Positions 26,347-33,399 of a DNA stretch of 64,000 bases are shown here, piece after piece. Where the stretch lies: positions 192,334 through 256,333 of the forward strand of contig DRFQ01000009.1 of assembly GCA_011050465.1 (NCBI GenBank). The letters run 5' to 3'. Position 1 is the stretch's first letter. Every line of letters begins with the position of its first letter. This DNA comes from Candidatus Nealsonbacteria bacterium (GTDB lineage: Bacteria > Patescibacteriota > Minisyncoccia > Minisyncoccales > RBG-13-36-15). Under the pieces are notes generated by a model. The model was not told the origin of the DNA and did not search any database. It was given only the letters and a program-made list of their open reading frames with translations. A program made the translations under genes and the position numbers.

Positions 26347-26408
26347 GATTATATAACGATTTAATGTTAATGACCCGTCTCGGTCGACCGATACCGAGCA
26401 CAAGACTG

Positions 26409-26479
26409 CTGCGGGGCTTGGACTCGAACCAAGATTGACGGCTTCAAAGGCCGCTGTCCTACCTTTAGACGACCCCGCA
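26409..26479 (-). tRNA. tRNA-Gln (anticodon UUG)
   Basis: Cloverleaf read by hand. Acceptor TGCGGGG/CCCCGCA with U1-A72 and discriminator G. Anticodon loop CTTTGAA. T-arm CTTGG-TTCGAGT-CCAAG. No encoded CCA. Confidence 0.85.
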
Positions 26480-26483
26480 CCGT

Positions 26484-27605
26484 TTAAACAACACTACAGG
26501 CATCAATAACTGCCAATTCCAGAGGTAATTGCGGTATTGACGAATACTTTATTTTATTTTCAGCTTCCAGAAAAAGATTTAAAATATTCTGAATATCCCG
26601 TTCTTTAAAATTTGCTATTTGAGCCTGGAGTTTCGATTTCTCCTCCGAAGACAGGCCGGAAATTATTGGATTGGACAAATCAGGATTAATCTTCAAGATC
26701 AATCCCTGCCTTAAGTAATTGATAAACTGTTTGGTGAACTCTTGAATGTCCAATCCTTGCTCTATTTTTTCCTGTAGAAACTGGAGGGCCCGGGGGGGTT
26801 GTTTCTTTGAGATGAAATCTAAAAATTGGCTGATTAAAGCAATATCAACAATACCCAAAAGCTCTTTAATGTCGTTTTTTTTAATTTCTTTTGTTTGACC
26901 AGAGAAAGTAATTAACTGATCCAGCAAACTTTCTGCGTCTCTTAAAGAACCTCCTGAATTTAAAGCAATTATTTCCAATGCTTCTTTTTCAATCTTCACG
27001 TTTTCTTTTTTAGAAATTATTTCTAATCTTTTCAATATCTCCGGCAAGGTTAATCTTCTAAAGTCAAATCTTTGACAACGAGAAAGAATCGTTGGAATCA
27101 TTTTATGGATTTCGGTTGTTGCCAGAATAAAAATAACATGACCCGGAGGTTCTTCTAATGTTTTCAAAAGAGCGTTAGCTGCATCCTTTGTAATCTGATG
27201 ACTTTCATCAATTATATATACCTTATATTTTGCTTTTGCCGGGACAAATCGTGTACTTTCTCTTAATTCTCTTATCTCATCAATTCCCCGGTGGGAGGCC
27301 GCATCAACTTCGATTAAATCAATTAATTTTCCTTGATTAATTTCTGAACAGGTTGAACATTGATTACAAGGCTCAAAGTTCCCGCCTCCATCATGGCGGG
27401 CAGGCTTCCTATTCTCGCAATTAATCGCTTTGGCAAAAAGTCTCGCCATGGTGGTCTTTCCACTGCCGCGGGGACCGGAAAATAAATAAGCATGGGATAT
27501 CATCCCAGCAGAAATAGCATTAGTTAAGGTTTGAACAATATGTTCCTGGCCAATAATGTCAGAAAAGCTTTTTGGCCTGTATTTGCGATAAAGAACCAAA
27601 CCCAT
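26484..27605 (-). CDS. dnaX: DNA polymerase III subunit gamma/tau
   Basis: LYRKYRPKSFSDIIGQEH, Walker A GPRGSGKTT, Walker B YIIDESH, SRCQRF. The start is taken at the ATG at 27605, adjacent to the upstream stop. Confidence 0.9.
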   Translation of the reverse strand: MGLVLYRKYRPKSFSDIIGQEHIVQTLTNAISAGMISHAYLFSGPRGSGKTTMARLFAKAINCENRKPARHDGGGNFEPCNQCSTCSEINQGKLIDLIEVDAASHRGIDEIRELRESTRFVPAKAKYKVYIIDESHQITKDAANALLKTLEEPPGHVIFILATTEIHKMIPTILSRCQRFDFRRLTLPEILKRLEIISKKENVKIEKEALEIIALNSGGSLRDAESLLDQLITFSGQTKEIKKNDIKELLGIVDIALISQFLDFISKKQPPRALQFLQEKIEQGLDIQEFTKQFINYLRQGLILKINPDLSNPIISGLSSEEKSKLQAQIANFKERDIQNILNLFLEAENKIKYSSIPQLPLELAVIDACSVV

Positions 27606-27606
27606 A

Positions 27607-28203
27607 TTATTTAAAAACGATAAATTTGTAACCGAGGAAATTCCAGGCCATACCAAAGAAAGCAGCCGTTATTGCGCCAATATTCAGCCAAATCTTTTCT
27701 GATAAACCGAATTGCGGGCCTATTACAATCACAACCAAAGAAGCTACTCCAACATTTATCCCAAACCCTATTAAGCTAACAATAAAAAACTGGGTAAATT
27801 CTTTCTTTGGTTCAGTTGATTCTTTTTTTCTAAAAGTCCAAAATTTATTCCAAAAATAACTATTAGTTACAGCAACAATGAAAGAAATCCCTTTTAAAAC
27901 ACTAAAACCAAAACCTGTGGTAATTCCTAATATTAAGCTCAAAACATTTAGAACTCCTAAATCTACAAGAGTATTCAGAATGCCCACCAAAGCGAATTTT
28001 GCTGCCTGCCATAAAATGAGAAATTTCTTGCCGATTAAAGAAGCTATCCAAAGCCCGAATAACGTCAAGATTGGCAGAATAATTATTAAAGACCAGAAAA
28101 AAGGTATTTCCAAGCGAATGTTTTTGAAGATAACCAAAGCCAATAAGGCCGATGCCTCACCGATAATTAAAGCTGCTAAAATATCAATTTTCTTCATGTT
28201 CAA
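27607..28203 (-). CDS. GtrA-family membrane protein
   Basis: Four TM helices with FALVGILNTLVDLGVLNVL and the FWNKFWTFRKK signature. Confidence 0.75.
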   Translation of the reverse strand: MNMKKIDILAALIIGEASALLALVIFKNIRLEIPFFWSLIIILPILTLFGLWIASLIGKKFLILWQAAKFALVGILNTLVDLGVLNVLSLILGITTGFGFSVLKGISFIVAVTNSYFWNKFWTFRKKESTEPKKEFTQFFIVSLIGFGINVGVASLVVIVIGPQFGLSEKIWLNIGAITAAFFGMAWNFLGYKFIVFK

Positions 28204-28255
28204 TTATTTTATCACGAATTTCCAAAAAAATCAAAGCATGATAAAATAGATTAAT

Positions 28256-29644
28256 ATGCTGAAATTCTATAATACCCTATCTCGAAAAAAAGAGGCTTTT
28301 AAACCAAGTGGATCGCTTCAAATAGGAATGTACATTTGTGGTCCTACGGTCTATGGTCCCGGACACATTGGCCATGCTAGGACTTATATTGCCTTTGATG
28401 TGATTAGAAGATATTTGGAGCATAAGGGATATAAAGTGAAATTCATAATGAATATTACTGATGTTCACGATGATGTAATAAAAGAATCGAAAAGATTAAA
28501 AGTCCCCTTTTTAAATTTATCTGAAGAATATACAAAATTATTTTTGAAAGATATGCGCCTTCTCGGGATCAAAGAAGCAAATCATTATCCCAGAGTAACA
28601 AAACATATTAAAGAAATAATTAAATTCATTACAAAGCTTATCGAGAAAGGGTGCGCTTATAAAGAGAAAAATTCTGTTTATTTCGATGTTTCAAAATTCA
28701 AAGATTATGGCAAACTTTCGGGGATTAAATTGAAGAAAACTTTGGCAGGAACCAGGGTAGAAACCGATAAATATGAGAGGGAAGAAGCTTCGGACTTTGC
28801 CCTTTGGAAAGCATCATCCTCTAAAGAACCAGGCTGGTCAAGTCCCTGGGGAAAAGGCCGGCCAGGCTGGCATATTGAGTGTTCTGTAATGTCTCAGAAA
28901 TATTTAGGAAGACAGATTGATATTCACGGGGGAGCTAAAGACTTAATTTTCCCTCACCATGAAAACGAAATTGCCCAATCAGAGTCTTTAATTTCAAAAA
29001 AACCTTTTGTTAAATATTGGCTGCATTCTGGTTTATTGACTATCAAGGGTCAAAAAATGGCAAAATCTCTGAAAAATTACATTACTATTGAAAAAGCTCT
29101 CGAAAATTGGCCCACTAGAGTTCTTCGCCTATTTATAATTAGCAGCCATTATCGATCTCCCCAGGACTTTAATGAAAAGGCATTGAGGCAGGCCCAAAAA
29201 GGGATAGAAAGAATTGATGAATTTTTAGACAAACTAAAGAGATTAAGAGGTAGAAAACGACCGGCTAAAAATTCAGCTTTGCAGGCTCAGAAAGAATTCG
29301 AAAAAGCAATGAATGATGATTTTAACACTCCGGTTGCCTTAGCCTCACTTTTCCGCCTCATCACTCAAGGAAACTATCTCCTGGACAAAGAAAGATTAAC
29401 TTTTGCAGATGCCCAAGATATTTTAAAATTTTTAAGAGAAATAGATAAAATTTTCGACTTTATCTTTTGGAAGGAATCTAAAAAAGAAAAAGTTCCTGAA
29501 AATATTTTGATATTAATCAAAGAAAGAGAAAAATATCGGAAAAGAGGAGATTATAAAAAAGCTGACCAGATAAGAAAAAAAATAAAAAAAGAAGGTTATT
29601 GGCTTAAAGACACTAAAAAGGGACCAAAAGTTAAAAAACTATAA
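28256..29644 (+). CDS. cysS: cysteine--tRNA ligase
   Basis: HIGHARTY (HIGH motif), KMAKS (KMSKS motif), WHIECS zinc site, and the full-length class I architecture. Confidence 0.95.
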   Translation: MLKFYNTLSRKKEAFKPSGSLQIGMYICGPTVYGPGHIGHARTYIAFDVIRRYLEHKGYKVKFIMNITDVHDDVIKESKRLKVPFLNLSEEYTKLFLKDMRLLGIKEANHYPRVTKHIKEIIKFITKLIEKGCAYKEKNSVYFDVSKFKDYGKLSGIKLKKTLAGTRVETDKYEREEASDFALWKASSSKEPGWSSPWGKGRPGWHIECSVMSQKYLGRQIDIHGGAKDLIFPHHENEIAQSESLISKKPFVKYWLHSGLLTIKGQKMAKSLKNYITIEKALENWPTRVLRLFIISSHYRSPQDFNEKALRQAQKGIERIDEFLDKLKRLRGRKRPAKNSALQAQKEFEKAMNDDFNTPVALASLFRLITQGNYLLDKERLTFADAQDILKFLREIDKIFDFIFWKESKKEKVPENILILIKEREKYRKRGDYKKADQIRKKIKKEGYWLKDTKKGPKVKKL

Positions 29645-29694
29645 ACTTTAACTTATAAACAATATGAAAGGGCGCCACGCGGGGCGCCTTATTG

Positions 29695-30507
29695 TTAATT
29701 AGTTTCTTCTTTTGTCATTTCTAGGGCCTGGCTGATCAACAAGAATGATTTTTGACCGAGATTTCTGATTGCGGCAATGTTCACTTCATTAAAGTCCATT
29801 ATCGCTCTTAACTGAGAAAGGGAGTCAATTCCGTTTTGCACTAGTCTGTTGTAGGCTATAACTACAAGTCTTGGAGTAGTTCCGGGGCGGCGTAAAGCCG
29901 CTCTCTGAAGGGCATCCCGAAGTCCGCTTCTAGTTCTTGTTCTAGTTCTTGGATCAAGATCTTTTAGTGTAAGACTAAATCTTTTTAAGAAGATTTCCAG
30001 TCTCTTCCTTTCCTCTCTTATATCTCTAATTTCCTCTCCTAGTGTTTGAATTGTTGTTTCTAATCCTTCTTTTTTCTCTTCCAGTTCTTTGAATCTTCGG
30101 AGATTTTCTGCTTCTTGTTCTGGTGTGGGAAGAAGAAATCTCACGAGAAACCTTGATCTGCTTGGATGACGCAACACCCGAAGAATCCTAGCTTCAACCT
30201 GGCGAATTCTTTCGCGAGTTATTTCAAATTCCTTGGCAACTTTGGCCAATCTCCGTGCTTCCCCATCTTCCAGGCCAAATCTAAGATTTAATAATTGGAT
30301 TTGTTTTTCTTTTGGCCAAGAAGGAAAATCAGGCAGGGTTTCGAAAACCTTCTTCATTCCTTCTTCCAAAGATACTTCCTCTTCTTCTTCGATAATATAA
30401 GGGTAACAAATTAGAAAACGGGCATCACGCATCATTCTAAAGATGGCCATCATCAGTCTTTGATAAAACTGATATTTCTCTTCAGCTGAAAATTCGGTCT
30501 CTCCCAT
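29695..30507 (-). CDS. protein with sigma-70 region-4-like HTH and C-terminal RpoA-CTD-like helix-hairpin-helix
   Basis: LAKVAKEFEITRERIRQVEARILRVLRHP resembles sigma region 4.2. AIRNLGQKSFLLISQAL resembles the alpha-CTD NxGxKS motif. A coiled-coil segment lies between the two. Confidence 0.5.
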   Translation of the reverse strand: MGETEFSAEEKYQFYQRLMMAIFRMMRDARFLICYPYIIEEEEEVSLEEGMKKVFETLPDFPSWPKEKQIQLLNLRFGLEDGEARRLAKVAKEFEITRERIRQVEARILRVLRHPSRSRFLVRFLLPTPEQEAENLRRFKELEEKKEGLETTIQTLGEEIRDIREERKRLEIFLKRFSLTLKDLDPRTRTRTRSGLRDALQRAALRRPGTTPRLVVIAYNRLVQNGIDSLSQLRAIMDFNEVNIAAIRNLGQKSFLLISQALEMTKEETN

Positions 30508-30588
30508 TATCTCCCCTCCTCTTTTGTTAAATAGCTATTTCCTCTTGATATTAATTTTATACAAGTTATCAAAGAATTTGTCAAAACT

Positions 30589-30617
30589 TTGACACGGTTT
30601 TTAACCTCTGCTATATT
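30589..30617 (+). promoter_or_regulatory. sigma70-type promoter of dnaB (TTGACA-17 nt-TATATT), near-leaderless
   Basis: TTGACA at 30589-30594 and TATATT at 30612-30617. The ATG lies only 9 nt after the -10 element and there is no SD. Confidence 0.5.
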
Positions 30618-30626
30618 AGAAATGTA

Positions 30627-31997
30627 ATGGAACAAAATTCTACCACTAACCTTAAGCTGCCAGATAAGCTCCCTCCTCAAAGCATTGAGGCTGAAAAATG
30701 TATTTTGGGCTCTTTAATGCTGGATAATTCAGCCATCCTAAGAGTAGCTGACTTCTTAGAGGCCCGTGATTTCTATCAGGCGGTTCATCAGGGAATTTAT
30801 CAGGCAATAAACGATCTTTTCGAAAAAAGAGAACCTATTGATTTACTCTCGGTCTCTAACCGCCTTAAAGAAAAAGACCAACTAGAAGTAGTTGGAGGAA
30901 ATAGCTATCTAACAGAGTTGATCAACTCTGTTCCGACGGCTGCTCATGCTTTGAATTATGCTAAAATAGTCCAGAGAAAAAAACTACTGAGAAACTTAAT
31001 TGATGCCAGCCATGAGATTGGACTTTTAGGTTTCGACGAGACAGAAGATATAGACGTATTGCTTGATAAAGCCGAAAAAAGAATTTTTAGTGTTGCCCAA
31101 AGAAATTTAAGCCAAGATTTTGTGCCAGTAAAAGCTACTTTAGAAGAAGCCTTTGAAAGAATTGATAAATTATCCAAACAAAAAGGAGGAATAAGAGGAT
31201 TGCCAACTGGTTTTGCTAAGTTGGATAATTTAATCTCTGGTTTTCAAAAATCTGATCTTATTATTTTGGCTTCTAGGCCCACAATGGGAAAATCTGCTAT
31301 TTCTTTAGACTTTGCCAGACATGCAGCAGTTGATGGAGGAGTACCGGTGGGAATATTTTCTCTGGAAATGGCAAAAGATCAGGTTGTTGATAGGTTGATT
31401 GCCGCTCAAGCCAATGTTGATTTGTGGAAATTGAGGACAGGACGGCTCTCCAGCGAAGGAGAAGAAAATGACTTTTCACGAATCCAACAAGCCTTGGGAG
31501 TGTTATCTGAAGCTCCAATTTATATTGATGATGCTGCTACTTCAAATATTTTACAGATGAGGGCAATGGCAAGAAGGCTGCAGGCATCTAAGGGTTTAGG
31601 ATTACTTATTATTGATTATCTTCAGTTAATTGATCCCAGAAATATAGCTGCCAGTCCGGTTCAACAAATGACTGAAATCTCCCGTTCATTGAAAGCTTTA
31701 GCCAGAGAACTAAATACCCCCGTTTTGGCTATTTCTCAACTATCTCGAGCGGTGGAGCAAAGGTCTCCCCAAATCCCCAGACTTTCTGATTTACGAGAAT
31801 CGGGTTCCATTGAGCAGGATGCCGACGTTGTTTTATTTATCTATCGTGAAGATCGCTATCGTTCCGAAACCTTGAAGAAAAATATTGCTGATCTTATTGT
31901 GGCTAAACACCGCAATGGCCCCGTTGGTAAGGCTGAACTTTATTTTGACGAAGGAAAAGTAAGTTTCCGAAGTTTGGAAAAAACTTACGAAGAATAA
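30627..31997 (+). CDS. dnaB: replicative DNA helicase
   Basis: LPPQSIEAEKCILGSLM N-terminal signature, Walker A SRPTMGKSA, IIDYLQL and IAKHRNGP. Confidence 0.95.
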   Translation: MEQNSTTNLKLPDKLPPQSIEAEKCILGSLMLDNSAILRVADFLEARDFYQAVHQGIYQAINDLFEKREPIDLLSVSNRLKEKDQLEVVGGNSYLTELINSVPTAAHALNYAKIVQRKKLLRNLIDASHEIGLLGFDETEDIDVLLDKAEKRIFSVAQRNLSQDFVPVKATLEEAFERIDKLSKQKGGIRGLPTGFAKLDNLISGFQKSDLIILASRPTMGKSAISLDFARHAAVDGGVPVGIFSLEMAKDQVVDRLIAAQANVDLWKLRTGRLSSEGEENDFSRIQQALGVLSEAPIYIDDAATSNILQMRAMARRLQASKGLGLLIIDYLQLIDPRNIAASPVQQMTEISRSLKALARELNTPVLAISQLSRAVEQRSPQIPRLSDLRESGSIEQDADVVLFIYREDRYRSETLKKNIADLIVAKHRNGPVGKAELYFDEGKVSFRSLEKTYEE

Positions 31998-32275
31998 TTC
32001 GAGCGAGCGTAACGAGCGAGAACCCCGCCCTCTATGCTATATGTATTATGTTTATATCTTGCAAAGAAAAAGAAACAGTCATTTTTATATAGGTTATACT
32101 AATAATTTAAAAAAGAGGGTTAAACAACACCAAAGAAAAGATCAATCTCGGTTAATTTATTACGAAGCTTATCTGTCAGAAAAAATAGCAAGGATAAGAG
32201 AAAGAAGATTAAAACATTATGGAAGTGCCTGGCGAGCCCTCAGAAAGAGAATTGGTGCTTAGAGGGCGGGGTGTC
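31998..32275 (+). mobile_element. hairpin-bracketed GIY-YIG element (candidate autonomous copy)
   Basis: Inverted arms ccccgccctctatgc (32023-32037) and gcttagagggcgggg (32257-32271) enclose the ORF. The flank ttcgagcgagcgtaacgagcgagaa is shared with the ORF-less copy at 47291-47382. Confidence 0.5.
32041..32262 (+). CDS. GIY-YIG nuclease family protein
   Basis: MYYVYILQRKRNSHFYIGYTNNLKKRVKQH...RERRLK carries the GIY/YIG motifs with the conserved R and E. Confidence 0.8.
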   Translation: MYYVYILQRKRNSHFYIGYTNNLKKRVKQHQRKDQSRLIYYEAYLSEKIARIRERRLKHYGSAWRALRKRIGA

Positions 32276-32301
32276 CATCTAGCCCTTTGGGCTATCTGAA
32301 C

Positions 32302-32958
32302 ATGTATCCTCCTTTAATTCAAAAGCTTATTAAACAGTTCTCAAAATTTCCTACCGTAGGGCCACGGACAGCTACCCGCTTTGTTTTTTATTTGTTAAGA
32401 ATGGGAGAAACAGAAGTGGAAGAGTTTGTTTCTTTAATTTCTCAACTTAAAAAAAGGATAAAATCCTGTTCTTTTTGTTTTAATCCTTTTGAGCCCGTCC
32501 AAATTTTGCCGGGCAAAATTTCTGCGGATGAAGAAGGAAAAAATCTTTGCCTGATCTGCCGGAATCCTTCCCGAGAAAAATCCCTGCTATGTGTCGTAGA
32601 GAAAGAATCCGACTTAGCTTCTTTGGAAAAGATAAAAAAATACAAAGGTCTTTATTTTATTTTAGGCGGAAATATTTCCAGTTTAAGGAAAAAAGACTTT
32701 GAAAAATTAAAGATAAATAAACTGATAGAAAGAATAAAAAATCCTGCAGAATTTGGCCTTCGAGACGCTGATTTTCAGGAAATCATTTTAGCTATAAATC
32801 CAACCACGGAAGGAGAAGCTACGGCCTTATACCTTGAGAGAAAACTTAAACCTTTAAATAAAAAAATCACCCGGCTTGGCCGGGGGCTACCAGTGGGAGG
32901 AGAATTAGAATATGCTGACGAGGAAACGCTTGAGAGCGCTTTAGAAGGGCGAAAATAA
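32302..32958 (+). CDS. recR: recombination protein RecR
   Basis: LIKQFSKFPTVGPRTATRFVFYLL (HhH), a C4 zinc finger (CSFC...CLIC), and Toprim (LCVVEKESDLASLEK ... AINPTTEGEATA). The start is taken at the ATG at 32302. Confidence 0.9.
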   Translation: MYPPLIQKLIKQFSKFPTVGPRTATRFVFYLLRMGETEVEEFVSLISQLKKRIKSCSFCFNPFEPVQILPGKISADEEGKNLCLICRNPSREKSLLCVVEKESDLASLEKIKKYKGLYFILGGNISSLRKKDFEKLKINKLIERIKNPAEFGLRDADFQEIILAINPTTEGEATALYLERKLKPLNKKITRLGRGLPVGGELEYADEETLESALEGRK

Positions 32959-32974
32959 AATTAGCCAATAATCA

Positions 32975-33295
32975 TTATTGGCTAAGTACAATCTTGGTTA
33001 TTTCTACTTCGGTAAAAGGCTGTCTGTGGCCTTTTTTCTTTTTATATCGTTTCTTGGATTTATATTTAAAAATAATTACTTTTTTCCTTTTGCCGTGAGA
33101 TAAAACTTTCCCGGTCACTTTTGCTCCTTTTATAAATGGAGTGCCAATCTCTATTTTTCTGCCTTTCTCCAATAACAAAACTTCATTGAAAGTGGTTTCT
33201 TTTCCTTCTTTAACCTCTAATTTCTCAATTTTGATTTTATCTCCCGGGGAAACAATATATTGCTTACCTCCTGTTTTAATCACTGCTAAGGTCAT
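32975..33295 (-). CDS. rplU: 50S ribosomal protein L21
   Basis: AVIKTGGKQYIVSPGDKIKIEKL ... KKKKGHRQPFTEVEI. Confidence 0.9.
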   Translation of the reverse strand: MTLAVIKTGGKQYIVSPGDKIKIEKLEVKEGKETTFNEVLLLEKGRKIEIGTPFIKGAKVTGKVLSHGKRKKVIIFKYKSKKRYKKKKGHRQPFTEVEITKIVLSQ

Positions 33296-33399
33296 ATTTT
33301 TTGTGATACTGCCTGCCCCGTGCAGTAAGCCGTCGAAAACGGATATACCTTTTGGGCTTACTGCCGTTTTAATGACTGCCAGTATGTTCTTATATTATA

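Noticed and set aside
5500-26408. Calling the cassette array an integron.
   Set aside because: No IntI-type integrase is in the window. The hairpins lack recognisable R''/R' (GTTRRRY) attC ends. Cassettes carry their own SD and terminators. Only the cassette-like layout is analogous.
27382-27401. Small hairpin cccgcc-tccatcat-ggcggg inside dnaX (encoding PARHDGGGNF near the zinc module), considered as another in-frame palindromic insertion.
   Set aside because: The stem is only 6 bp and the length difference from other DnaX proteins is small and uncertain from memory. The evidence is too weak.
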